Part shown: piece by piece, positions 48,701 through 57,959 of the stretch
Numbering within the stretch: the stretch's first letter is position 1
Layout of the letters: the number at the start of each line of letters is the position of its first letter
NCBI GenBank assembly: GCA_041738755.1
Contig: JBGSPE010000003.1
Location: forward strand, 62,602 to 126,601
Origin: Minisyncoccia bacterium
GTDB taxonomy: Bacteria > Patescibacteriota > Minisyncoccia > Phycocordibacterales > UBA918
Direction: 5' to 3'
Length of the DNA stretch: 64,000 bases
Notes under the pieces: generated by a model
What the model saw: only the letters and a program-made list of their open reading frames with translations
Database searches by the model: none
Told to the model about the DNA's origin: nothing
Translations under genes and position numbers: made by a program

Positions 48701-51700
48701 TGGTGAACTAGTTGACCCATCCATCATTCGAATACCAAATAAGTCAGTGATGTTATAGTTCAAACTTGTGAGATTTATTTGATCGGACGTAACGTCAAAT
48801 TCTAAACCTTGAATATAAACACCCGTAATGCCTCCTACACCGACCCTTAAATCATTACCATTATCAGCAATCACTAAATCTGCAGTGGAACCAGAATTAA
48901 TTTTAAATCCATTATTTCCAAAACCAATTGAGCCTACGTCTCCTCCGTCACCATCATTAAATTGAATCAAGGTACTTGGTCCAGCGGTAGCAATATTATC
49001 GAGTCCGCCTTGGATCAAAAGACCTGAGCGATTGGCATTATTACCATCATTCAAAATAGCTGCCGCAAAGTCTGCCGCATCTGCAAAGACATTGAGGCGT
49101 GAGGTACCACCGGTACCACCAATTGAGAGATTGTCGGTGAGTGAGGTGAGGTAGGTGTTAGCACCTCCGTCAGTGAAGAGTGATGCTCCACCTGAGATTC
49201 CAAGTGTCGAAGTCGCCACCCAGTTAAACCCTGAGCCAGTGCTCTGGAGGACCATACCGTTTGAGCCGGTACTTGAGGCGTTGTCGACGAGGGCTCCGGT
49301 GATACGAACGCCGCCAGCGACTGTGAGACGTTGTGAGGGAGTGGTGGTTCCGATGCCCACGAGGCCACTGGCGTTAATACGGAGGCGTTCGGTAGCAGCG
49401 GTACTAAAGCCAAGTTGGTTGTTGGCTGCCGAAAACATTCCATTATCAGCGTCCAAATCGACACCGAAATCAACGTTAGTTGGACTACCTGCACTATCAG
49501 TAGTGTATCTAAAAGCTTCGATGATTCCAGAGGTATTATTATAATACAGACTACCATCACCAAAGTTAACACCCGATGAATCAATGACTAACATTTCAGT
49601 GCCTCCAGCTCGTACTGAAATTACATTTGAAGACTCTGCAGTAATTCCCGTATCAGCATCCCCTACAAAGCTAAGTCCGCCGGTACCGAGAGCCCCTTGA
49701 GCCAAGAAAAGTGTGTCCGTAAAGAGACCGCCGCCAGCAACGGTGAGAGCTTCACTTGGTGATGTGGTACCGATACCGATATTCCCGCTTGCATCAATGC
49801 GGAGACGTTCGGTACCGGCAGTTGCAAAACCGAGAATATCAGTAGAGGTACTAAACATACCGGTATCAGTATCTCCGCTAAATGAATACACAGGGGTAAC
49901 TGCACCACCTAGCTTACCAGGCGTAATTTTAAAACTTCCATCGATAAATGATCCTGGTAGATCGAAGCGAAGATCAGCTCCCCCATACACTTCAAAGTCT
50001 CCACCTTGAACATACAGATTCGTTATGTCAGCGCCGGCAGTTGAAATGCCACCGCCACTTAAAAACTGAGCAGCAATTGCTCCATCAACTGTCGCGACGA
50101 GAGCGCCAGAAGTGCGATAAAACCCAGTATCAGTATCAGCTGCAAAGGTAATAGACGGAGCACTAACAGTTCCTGTTGCTGCCCGAAACGCCCCTGTCAT
50201 CGCGACTGAACCATTAGCCAGGAAGTCTCCAGACCCGAAGCCAAGCGTACTGGTTGCTACCCAATTAAATCCAGAACCAGTGCTTTGGAGGACCATACCG
50301 TTTGAACCAGTACTTGAGGCGTTATCAACCAAGGCTCCCGTGATGCGGACACCGCCAGCGACGGTGAGACGTTGAGATGGGGTGGTGGTGCCAATCCCGA
50401 CAAAGCCATTACTATTTAATATAGTCAGGTCAGGTGCAATCAAATTTCCCACAGCTGAAAAACTCAAATTAGCATTTAACGATTGCCCAATCGAAGCACT
50501 ATCTGGAGTACCATCAGCGTCACTGATAAAGAGCAATTGCGCTACGTTCCCAACCCCAACATTATCATTTGTCGATAAAATAAAGTCGACCTGTCCAGTA
50601 TTTTTATGAATGTGCAATAGACCTTCAGGAGTAGTAGTACCGATGCCGACATTCCCACTCGCACCAATCGTCAATCGTTCAGTACCATTTGTACTAAATC
50701 CAATGAGTCCATAATCAGAACTGAACATACCACTACCACCAAAGTTAAACTGTGGTGCCGATTCGGTACTTGTTCCAAATGACTTAAACGCCACTGAATT
50801 CACACCTCCAGGATCAATAAAGGTTGAAACGTCAAAAAATCCAACTTCAAATTCGTTTAAAAATATTGACGGCACCCCGTTAGCGACCAGTCTTATTTCG
50901 CCCGCTAATTCACTCTCAATTCCAGTATCCGTATCTCCAGCAAACGAAATTCCTCCGGTACCGAGAGCCCCTTGAGCCAAGAAGAGAGTATCTGTCATGT
51001 CGACAGAGCCATCCGCGAAAAAGTCTCCGCCGCCTCCGCCAGAAATACCCAATGTCGACGTCGCCACCCAATTGAAGCCGGTGCCGGTACTTTGGAGGAC
51101 CTGTCCTGTAGTACCACTGGCATTATTGCTATCAAAGAGGGCTCCGGTGATACGGACGTTACCGGCAACTGTGAGACGCTGACTTGGAGTACTTGTCCCA
51201 ATTCCCACGTTGCCACCGCCCGAAATAGTCAAAATATTTGTATTTCCTCCAGCACCAATATTAAGATTACGACTTGATTGTGTTGAGTAGATAAATGCAT
51301 CTAAATTCCCTGATGTTTCAACTCCCATAAACAGATCGGGTCCGGCAACATTACCATGATCAAACCTGATTTGATTGTTTGTAACATTAATTTTCGCACG
51401 ATCTTGATTCCCCAGGTCAGTCTGTACTGTAAACACCTCATTCCCCGTATCATCAAATACCGCCAATGCTCGAGCTTTAGAATCCTGAATGGTTAAAGTT
51501 CCAGGAGGTGATGTGGTGCCAATTCCAACATTTCCACTACTCAACAGAGATAAGGCTGGCGTTGAAGAAAGTCCACTTGCCGAAGCGTTGGTACCAAGGT
51601 AAATATTTTGTGCTCCCAAAAATAATTCGTTTCCAGTGTAAATTGCCGCGTCGTTCTCAACCGAAAAACCATTCATGACGTTGGTAAGCGTTGACAATGA

Positions 51701-53674
51701 TGAGTACTCACGAATGAAAAAATCTCCCGAACCACCAGCGCCCGCTGCCAGACGCAGTTCTGCGGCAGCAACAGTTCCATTTGTAGTATTTTGAATGCTC
51801 ACCCCTCGAGCAGTATTTCCTGTACCGACCACATGCAGCTGGGAAGTAGGACTTGAAGTCCCAATTCCCACCTCACCCGAGAGTCGCTCAATCGCAAAAA
51901 ATGGTGAATCATCAAAACTTGAGCCGGTATCAATTGAAAATGTATCTGTAGCCGCTCGGTAGCCCTGGATAATTTGAGGATTACCATTTGATAAAAAGCG
52001 CATAGCAGTGTCACCACTAGAAATATTATCGATATCCACTCCAGTAAATGAACCATTGGTTGAAATGAAGGTAGCTACGACAGCCTGATTATCAATAACT
52101 GTGAATTTTCTTTGTGGTGTACTTGTTCCAACCCCAACTCCCCCACCAGCGGTAACAAACACGCCCTCATCACCTCCATCACCAGATAACCAGTTTGAAC
52201 CAAGTGCAATGTTGGCAACTGTACCACTCATAGTAAGGGTTGATGAGAGTGTCGCAGCAGCCGCATTCACAGTACCAGTGAAGGTTGGTGAGTCAGAGAA
52301 GACCGAGAAGCCTGTGCCAGTTTCGTCAGAGAGTAACGCCGCAAGTTGAGCTGAGTTGGTAAATGAAGATGAGAAACCAAGTGTTGAAGTGGCTACCCAG
52401 TTAAACCCAGTACCAGTACTTTGAAGAACTGAGCCATTTGAGCCAGTTGAAGATGCGTTATCAACCAATGCTCCAGTGATGCGTACACCGCCAGCGATAG
52501 TGAGGCGTTGTGATGGAGTGGTGGTGCCGATACCAACAAAACCACTATTCACCACTCGCATCGCTTCAGTCGCTCCGTTGTTCCCCACTCCAAAAATAAT
52601 GGCATCGGTGGTTCCAACTCCGGTAGTTGAGCGTAGAGTCAGGGTTGAACCAACTGCCGTACCACCATTTACGAGCGGTGCAATAATCGAGGTAGTAAAG
52701 GTCGGAGTGGTTGAAAAAACAACGTTCCCAGTTCCAGTTTCATTAGTGATTGAACTAAGGAGTTGGGCTGAGGTAATACTGCTGGCTGCAGTACCGTACA
52801 GTGTTCCACTTGTCGGTAAGGTAAGCGTTGTAGCTGCAGTAGTGGTAAACGTTAAGTTATGGGCACCCGTTCGAGTAAAGGTATTAGCTCCAATAGTAAA
52901 GGCGCCAGGCAATACTGGAGTACCGGTGAATGTTGGTGACACAGAAAAAACAACATTCCCTGTGCCTGTCTCATCACCCAAGATGGCAGCGAGTTTGGCA
53001 GAGGTATCAATACTTGTCGTACCAAAGAGTCCCAAGGTTGAAGTTGATACCGTCAATACTCCACCCGTATTTGTAAGTCCTGTACCTGTTAAATCAGTGA
53101 AATTCTCACCGTTGATAACGAGGTTGGTCGTGGTAGCAGTCTGTGACGTGAGATTTGTAATGCTTGAAGAGGCGCTTGAGATTAAACCGCCAGTGAAGGT
53201 GAGAAGACCTGAAGCGGTATCTGCTTGATCTGAACGGAGGAAAGACGTAGATGCGACACCACCAACTCTTTGGGCTTCAAAGGCGGCTGGTACGGTTCCA
53301 AATGGTTTCCGAGGGACCATCTCGCCATCACCTTCAACATTGATAGAGAGAAAGAGCGGTTGATTGAAATCAACCGAAGAGAGTGGCGTGGTTGAACCAA
53401 GCATGATTGAAAAGAGACCGTTCACGACAGACACTTCATTGGCACCAGTTAGTGTCTCAGTCCAGAGAAGTGTACCGCCCGTCACTGCCGTATAGAGACG
53501 GAACTCCATGGCGTATGGGCCGTCGGCGACAGCGAGTCCGGTGGGGTCAGTGAGCTTACCTTGGTAGTTGATGGTGGGGGTGGGTTGGGCCAAGGTATTC
53601 GAAATAAAAACAACATTGCTCACGAGCAACGTGGCAAAGACAAATCCTGTGATGAGGCGCAGTGACTTCATCAT
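45743..53674 (-). CDS. giant phage-tail-fibre-like trimeric adhesin with Peptidase_G2-like autocleaving chaperone
   Basis: Signal peptide, INYQGKLTD N-domain, many G.VGIGT..P repeats, YadA-like N...G..AG repeats, SDLAEMY...GVVSTKP...ALSGRVP...ENGPIKKGD...GVAMKA...GIALE, Pro/Glu tail. Confidence 0.85.
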   Translation of the reverse strand: MMKSLRLITGFVFATLLVSNVVFISNTLAQPTPTINYQGKLTDPTGLAVADGPYAMEFRLYTAVTGGTLLWTETLTGANEVSVVNGLFSIMLGSTTPLSSVDFNQPLFLSINVEGDGEMVPRKPFGTVPAAFEAQRVGGVASTSFLRSDQADTASGLLTFTGGLISSASSSITNLTSQTATTTNLVINGENFTDLTGTGLTNTGGVLTVSTSTLGLFGTTSIDTSAKLAAILGDETGTGNVVFSVSPTFTGTPVLPGAFTIGANTFTRTGAHNLTFTTTAATTLTLPTSGTLYGTAASSITSAQLLSSITNETGTGNVVFSTTPTFTTSIIAPLVNGGTAVGSTLTLRSTTGVGTTDAIIFGVGNNGATEAMRVVNSGFVGIGTTTPSQRLTIAGGVRITGALVDNASSTGSNGSVLQSTGTGFNWVATSTLGFSSSFTNSAQLAALLSDETGTGFSVFSDSPTFTGTVNAAAATLSSTLTMSGTVANIALGSNWLSGDGGDEGVFVTAGGGVGVGTSTPQRKFTVIDNQAVVATFISTNGSFTGVDIDNISSGDTAMRFLSNGNPQIIQGYRAATDTFSIDTGSSFDDSPFFAIERLSGEVGIGTSSPTSQLHVVGTGNTARGVSIQNTTNGTVAAAELRLAAGAGGSGDFFIREYSSLSTLTNVMNGFSVENDAAIYTGNELFLGAQNIYLGTNASASGLSSTPALSLLSSGNVGIGTTSPPGTLTIQDSKARALAVFDDTGNEVFTVQTDLGNQDRAKINVTNNQIRFDHGNVAGPDLFMGVETSGNLDAFIYSTQSSRNLNIGAGGNTNILTISGGGNVGIGTSTPSQRLTVAGNVRITGALFDSNNASGTTGQVLQSTGTGFNWVATSTLGISGGGGGDFFADGSVDMTDTLFLAQGALGTGGISFAGDTDTGIESELAGEIRLVANGVPSIFLNEFEVGFFDVSTFIDPGGVNSVAFKSFGTSTESAPQFNFGGSGMFSSDYGLIGFSTNGTERLTIGASGNVGIGTTTPEGLLHIHKNTGQVDFILSTNDNVGVGNVAQLLFISDADGTPDSASIGQSLNANLSFSAVGNLIAPDLTILNSNGFVGIGTTTPSQRLTVAGGVRITGALVDNASSTGSNGMVLQSTGSGFNWVATSTLGFGSGDFLANGSVAMTGAFRAATGTVSAPSITFAADTDTGFYRTSGALVATVDGAIAAQFLSGGGISTAGADITNLYVQGGDFEVYGGADLRFDLPGSFIDGSFKITPGKLGGAVTPVYSFSGDTDTGMFSTSTDILGFATAGTERLRIDASGNIGIGTTSPSEALTVAGGGLFTDTLFLAQGALGTGGLSFVGDADTGITAESSNVISVRAGGTEMLVIDSSGVNFGDGSLYYNNTSGIIEAFRYTTDSAGSPTNVDFGVDLDADNGMFSAANNQLGFSTAATERLRINASGLVGIGTTTPSQRLTVAGGVRITGALVDNASSTGSNGMVLQSTGSGFNWVATSTLGISGGASLFTDGGANTYLTSLTDNLSIGGTGGTSRLNVFADAADFAAAILNDGNNANRSGLLIQGGLDNIATAGPSTLIQFNDGDGGDVGSIGFGNNGFKINSGSTADLVIADNGNDLRVGVGGITGVYIQGLEFDVTSDQINLTSLNYNITDLFGIRMMDGSTSSPSFSFSGDTNTGMFRGGTDILGFSTAGTERLRIDASGNVGIGTTTPSQLLTVAGNANVTGTLSGVTGDFTGEFNFGGAAYISSVGLARLSTSLANAPAFSFENDTDTGMFGGTNTLGFSVGGTSRMLIDSSGNIGIGTTTLSSRLTVAGDINLTTGSIVRYNGDGLLSANDVNYNVAFGLNEFNDMHSGVTGSNNAFFGISAGGSVTSGDGNVLFGKSAGFSLTTESNNTYIGTDAGVFASTGDFNIALGTSALRDTLADYTIAIGQSAGTDSEGTENIFIGNFAGAGVTGNNNIFLGDNTGSNTSTGSNNILIGDNIELPTSGTSNFLSLGNALYGNLTTGNIGLGTTSPSSRLALQVDSLTGTGTAALQQWITTTNSSNGALQYGNFFNLDANNTATTTIIGSIFRVEDDTIFGNTVRGLEIQTNRGSNTQGENTAISGTGRTFGVRGITEGDAGGVLAPAGGFFQTRGTTQGNAIRGFSSSITSATLMSLFQDTSTFTGTGLELNFGNSGGSFSSTTSRFVDFRNTNTSVFNVTAYGTTTIGDGTNMAGLQIGRGGICVDNDGACIASVQGRIASVSQFTGNSDLAEMYFSSQSLETGEIVSLDGELSVVRADEGTDPIIGVVSTKPGVLMGADDESTRAGETAYPIALSGRVPIQLSTENGPIKKGDQLTLSSLPGVAMKATATGTVVGIALEDFDSSRKYSRTFINQFGDDLVDPVYQPITDPNDPRVHDGCYYGGGADNGSPCVPLNGESMIEQINSANQVLADQSVAEQLAGLAGTPSETRDVNGQSVQVGQIVMFVDLSYRFIGETQAASLASLMSTSSVQTVGENIDETLFDRLVSLAQGFVDGILQVAGIKTNRIEVKEELCVDGVCIDANDLRQLLDNNNIDGTPAPVQPEPTPESEPPNPPAEPTDEESVDETSGGGGQSGEGGPPEPSVEPPVEPVVPEPEPTPEPLPEPEPEPEPELTPEPEPLPTPSEPTS

Positions 53675-54429
53675 GGCGATTGTTGATTAAGTGGAACAGT
53701 GATGACAGGAATTTCAGCGCCGATGATTTCGCTCTGCCCATTCACTTGACTCACGAATTTCTGCCCTGAAGCATCGGTGCGAATGACAATCCGATCAGAA
53801 AATAAATCTTGTAACTCTAGTAATTCACCTTCACTCAGCTGTGATGGGAGTAGCAAAATTCCTTCCGTACTCGACGCAAAGCTTCGTACCTGATCAGGTA
53901 CTGTTTTGAAATCTGCGGTATAGACGTCTGCTTCTGGTGTTGATGCAAGAGTGGTCACCACCGGAGGTGCAGGCGTCACATCAGTGGCCAAGAGTGAAAG
54001 TGACGAGACTTTGGTACTGGCTACCTGGACCTCAGGATTGGTGAGTTGTGAGAAGGTATTCTCAAACAAGTACCCGCTAAAGAGTCCAAGGAAGACTGCC
54101 GCTGCCACGACCACTTTGGTGCGATTGGCTTTGACTCGGTGCGCCTTTGCTCGAGCTACCTTTCTTTGCGTCACCTCTTCTCGCAATGAGCGTTCCTGTT
54201 TTCTTTCTTCACTCAGTTTTTGTTTTCGGATGGATTGCTCAATCTCCATGATGGATTCGTAGTGCTTGAGTGACTCAACGTCGATGTACCACTGGCGGCC
54301 AATGTGGCTGGCGACGATTTTCCCCTCCCGAGCAAGTCTGGTGATGTAGTCACTTGAGTAACTGACGAGCGCGGTGGCTGACTTTATGCTGTGGAGTTTT
54401 TTGCCGTCGATTTCAAGAACCTTTGCCAT
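53671..54429 (-). CDS. excisionase-like (HTH_17) DNA-binding domain plus coiled coil and TM
   Basis: SIKSA...SYSSDYITRLAREGKI....IGRQWYIDVESL; TM around aa 105-120; ATGA overlap with the fibre gene. Confidence 0.8.
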   Translation of the reverse strand: MAKVLEIDGKKLHSIKSATALVSYSSDYITRLAREGKIVASHIGRQWYIDVESLKHYESIMEIEQSIRKQKLSEERKQERSLREEVTQRKVARAKAHRVKANRTKVVVAAAVFLGLFSGYLFENTFSQLTNPEVQVASTKVSSLSLLATDVTPAPPVVTTLASTPEADVYTADFKTVPDQVRSFASSTEGILLLPSQLSEGELLELQDLFSDRIVIRTDASGQKFVSQVNGQSEIIGAEIPVITVPLNQQSP

Positions 54430-54494
54430 ACTGTTGTAACTTTAATTATAAAGCTAAAACGGGAAAAACTGGCAGGCAAAATGTGTATAAAAAA

Positions 54495-55427
54495 CTACGG
54501 GAGAAGGAGTAAAATATTTGCGAGTGCAACGTTCAAGCTTGAGTCATACTCACTACCTGAAGCAGAGATTTCTAAGTTGGTTGCCAAAAGTCCAAAACTT
54601 ACAAGGAAGGCACCGACGACCGCTAAGGCTGGTACTAAGAGACTGGTTTTTGTCGCTGGTTGTTGTGTCCGTGTTTTTGAAACAGTTGCTTTTGGAATAT
54701 TACCAGGGGTAAAAGATGTCGGAACGGTAGATTGTGCGTGAGTGCTTAGTGATTGTACAGACGGCGTTACTGAATGTCTTTGTACCTGGGGTTGAATTGG
54801 GCGCTTAACGGCTACTCCCGGACGTCGTGGGCGTATCATCACGGCTTTTTTAGCCACTGCAGGGGCAATGACTGGTATTTCCTCAGGGATTACAGGCGTT
54901 TCTTCTTCATCTGAGATATCAGCAATTACCAAAGTTCCTGACAACGCTACCTCAGGCAACGGTTCAGGCTTGAAATTAGTAGGTTTTTTATTCTCAGTAC
55001 TGATTTTAACCTTTTCTGAATCAGCGATATTGACGTTGAGCCGAGTTGGCTTGGAGTGCTTCTTCACACTCGGCATGAGTGACTGATCGTCTTCTTCGTA
55101 GGAAACCTCAGTCCGTGAATCTAACCCGTTTTGACCGAGAACGATTCTGGCTGTTTTATTTTTCAGATATGGTTCTACGGCTACCCGAGATACGTAGTTT
55201 TTACTTACTACTTTCTCTGTTATCTCGGATTCGTTAGTAGTCTTGTACTTACCATCTCGGTGCTCAATGAGTGAATCTTCGTGTATATACCATGCTCGAC
55301 CGACTAATCTCGCGTCGACTTTTTTAGCTCGAGCGAGCTGCCCGAGATAATCAGGAGTGTAGCGATATTTTAAAGCCAAGCTGGTAGCTTTAATATATTC
55401 TCGGCCATGAAAAGTAACTGCGTCCAT
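54495..55427 (-). CDS. excisionase-like (HTH_17) DNA-binding domain plus disordered linker and C-terminal TM
   Basis: YIKA..LA....YTPDYLGQLARAKKVDARLVGRAWYIHEDSL; C-terminal hydrophobic segment. Confidence 0.8.
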   Translation of the reverse strand: MDAVTFHGREYIKATSLALKYRYTPDYLGQLARAKKVDARLVGRAWYIHEDSLIEHRDGKYKTTNESEITEKVVSKNYVSRVAVEPYLKNKTARIVLGQNGLDSRTEVSYEEDDQSLMPSVKKHSKPTRLNVNIADSEKVKISTENKKPTNFKPEPLPEVALSGTLVIADISDEEETPVIPEEIPVIAPAVAKKAVMIRPRRPGVAVKRPIQPQVQRHSVTPSVQSLSTHAQSTVPTSFTPGNIPKATVSKTRTQQPATKTSLLVPALAVVGAFLVSFGLLATNLEISASGSEYDSSLNVALANILLLLP

Positions 55428-55494
55428 ACTCAAGTAGTGTATCAGAAAAACCCCTCTTGCAAGGGGCCCTTACTAACGAAACCGGGTATTACTT

Positions 55495-56916
55495 TTATGC
55501 AGCTGCCAAGGCCTCTTCTAGAGCGGATTTGAGTGTCTCAGGGTTGGCTGAGCCTCTGGTACGCTTCATTCCTTGCCCAACCAAGAATTGGATGGCTGTC
55601 ACCTTGCCAGCTTTATACTCAGCGACCACTTCAGGATGATCTTTAAGGATTGTGACGATGATATCAGTGAGCGCCGAAACATCCGATATCTGTAGCAAAT
55701 TCCTAGCCGTAGCGAGTTCACGTGGACCAGTGTTTGAACCAAATAACTCCGGGAGTATATCCTTCCCGACTCGTGAGTTAATTTCATTTTTCACAAGCAT
55801 GGTCGCGAGCTCAAGGAAGTGTTCAGCTTTCATATGTGCAAGCATTTTTCCTTCACTGGTCATTAAGGCAACCACGTCAGACGTAAGGTAATTAGCAGCG
55901 AGCTTAAGTACCGCCGTGTCTTCCTCATTCGCAATAGATACTACGGATTGGAAGTACGTATCAATCTCAAGATTACCCATGAGAGTATCAATTATGTCAC
56001 TCGTTAATCCGAGATTTCTATACTCTTCCCTCTTAATACTTGGTAATTTAGGCATTATCTCGGCTAGACGAGCGCTTGAAAATTGCTCATGTTCGCTGAC
56101 AATAATCTTTGGAATGTCTGGGTCTGGGAAGTAGCGGTAGTCTTTGGCGGTCTCTTTTGAACGCTGCGAGAACGTGGTCAGCTTGTTCTCATTCCAACCT
56201 CTCGTCTCCTGCTTCACTTCTTCACCCGCTTCAATCAGTGCAATCTGTCTTTCAATCTCGTAGGCGATTGCTCCCTCCACTGACTTGAACGAATTGAGAT
56301 TCTTCACTTCTACCTTGGTACCAAAGTTGTCAGGGTCCGCTGACACTGAGATGTTAGCTTCGACCCGCATCTCTCCCCGCTCCATGTTGGCGTCACTGAT
56401 GCCAAGCGTCCGAAGGAGGATTTGCAACTCTCTTGCAAATGCCCCAGCGGTCTTCGCGTCATGGATGACCGGCTCAGTGACAAGTTCCATTAAGGGGACT
56501 CCCGCTCGGTTGAAATCAACGAGGCTTCCGTCCACTCTATCGTGAACGCTTCGAGCGGTGTCTTCTTCGAGATGAACTCGTGTAAGCTCAACTCCTTCCA
56601 ACATACCGCCAGTCAAAAATGGCCACGCGTACTGACTGATCTGATACGCCTTCGGGATGTCAGGATAAAAATAATTCTTCCGATCAAACTCAGAGTAGTT
56701 GGCAGCAGTTGCTCCAACCGCTTGTCCGAAGAGAAGCACTTTTTCAATCGCTGATTCATTAGGGACTGGTAAGGTGCCGGGATGAGCGAGACAAATCGGA
56801 CACGTATGTGTGTTTGGCTCACCACCATGGGGGTCATTTTTACAACCGCAGAACATTTTGCTCTTGGTCTTTAGCTCGGCATGAACCTCTAAGCCGATTG
56901 TTGGTGTGTACTTCAT
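55495..56916 (-). CDS. gatB: Asp/Glu-tRNA amidotransferase subunit B
   Basis: IGLEVHAELKTKSKMFC, FDRKNYFYPD, NRAGVPLMELVTEP, DYRYFPDPD, FLVGQGMK. Start ATG 56916. Confidence 0.97.
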   Translation of the reverse strand: MKYTPTIGLEVHAELKTKSKMFCGCKNDPHGGEPNTHTCPICLAHPGTLPVPNESAIEKVLLFGQAVGATAANYSEFDRKNYFYPDIPKAYQISQYAWPFLTGGMLEGVELTRVHLEEDTARSVHDRVDGSLVDFNRAGVPLMELVTEPVIHDAKTAGAFARELQILLRTLGISDANMERGEMRVEANISVSADPDNFGTKVEVKNLNSFKSVEGAIAYEIERQIALIEAGEEVKQETRGWNENKLTTFSQRSKETAKDYRYFPDPDIPKIIVSEHEQFSSARLAEIMPKLPSIKREEYRNLGLTSDIIDTLMGNLEIDTYFQSVVSIANEEDTAVLKLAANYLTSDVVALMTSEGKMLAHMKAEHFLELATMLVKNEINSRVGKDILPELFGSNTGPRELATARNLLQISDVSALTDIIVTILKDHPEVVAEYKAGKVTAIQFLVGQGMKRTRGSANPETLKSALEEALAAA

Positions 56917-56924
56917 AATGTGTG

Positions 56925-57902
56925 CTACGTATTGTACGTTTCTCGCAGGTGTGAGACAAGCGCATCTTGGAGGATTTTGCACGATTCAGGGTCATCTTGA
57001 CTGATTACAAACACACGATTCTCAGTTTTGGCAAGGGTAGCGATTGCAGTATCAATAAAGTCTTGTTCTACAAGGTCTTTTTTGGTCAAAATAATCCACT
57101 CTTCCCTTTCGAGTAGTGATTTATCATATGAAGATAGCTCTTCTCGAATGGTGTAATGCGTATCTACCGGTGATTCGTTCTCAAGTGATACGAGGTGAAG
57201 GAGCATCTTGGTGCGAGAGACGTGCCGTAAGAACCGGTGTCCAAGGCCCTTTCCTTCGGCCGCACCAGCAATGAGCCCTGGTACATCAGCCAAAATAAAT
57301 CCATACAAGTCACCGAGGTGTGGTTCGAGTGTGGTGAATGGATAAGCGCCAATCTTAGAAGTGGCGTTCGTGAAAATATTTAAAAGTGTCGACTTACCAG
57401 CATTAGGGAGGCCAATCAAACCGACGTCGACCATGAGCGCCACCTCAATCAAGAAGTCGCCATCTTCACCTTTGATACCGGGAGTACTTTCTTTGGGAGA
57501 TTGGTTGGTTGATGACTTGAAGTATTCGTTCCCGAGGCCACCATTTCCCCCTTTGAGGATTCGTTCGGTTTGACCTTCTTTCGTTAATTCAAAACTCCGG
57601 TTGCGACCAAGATCAGTCACCCGTGAACCAACGGGGATATCAATGTAAAGATCCTCACCGTTCTTGCCGTGCTTGCTATCGCTCATTCCAGCTTCACCGT
57701 GTACGGCCGTAAAAACCTTATTGCCTGTATATTTGGCTAGGTAGTTTACATCACGAATAGCCCGTACATAGACGGCTCCCCCGTTACCTCCATTGCCTCC
57801 TGAAGGCCCAGCTAAAGGGCGAAACTTCTCGTGTCGCCACCGTACCACGCCAGCTCCGCCGTTCCCGGCTTTGGCATATATCGTTAATTCATCGACAAAC
57901 AT
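56925..57902 (-). CDS. obgE: GTPase ObgE
   Basis: MFVDE...AGNGG.G, GLPNAGKST, YPFTTL.P, DVPGLI.GA, TKKD. Confidence 0.96.
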   Translation of the reverse strand: MFVDELTIYAKAGNGGAGVVRWRHEKFRPLAGPSGGNGGNGGAVYVRAIRDVNYLAKYTGNKVFTAVHGEAGMSDSKHGKNGEDLYIDIPVGSRVTDLGRNRSFELTKEGQTERILKGGNGGLGNEYFKSSTNQSPKESTPGIKGEDGDFLIEVALMVDVGLIGLPNAGKSTLLNIFTNATSKIGAYPFTTLEPHLGDLYGFILADVPGLIAGAAEGKGLGHRFLRHVSRTKMLLHLVSLENESPVDTHYTIREELSSYDKSLLEREEWIILTKKDLVEQDFIDTAIATLAKTENRVFVISQDDPESCKILQDALVSHLRETYNT

Positions 57903-57959
57903 CCTGGCACAGTACCGTACTTGCCCATATTATGCAATAAAAATAACGTTCGATAAGAA

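Noticed and set aside
52476-53228. Long antisense ORFs (this 250-aa one, and others such as 58356-58712 and 61060-61437)
   Set aside because: They are shadows of biased codon usage in real opposite-strand genes and have no recognisable motifs.
56917-56982. gatB/obgE coding overlap
   Set aside because: The conserved GatB start is ATG 56916, 8 nt after the obgE stop.
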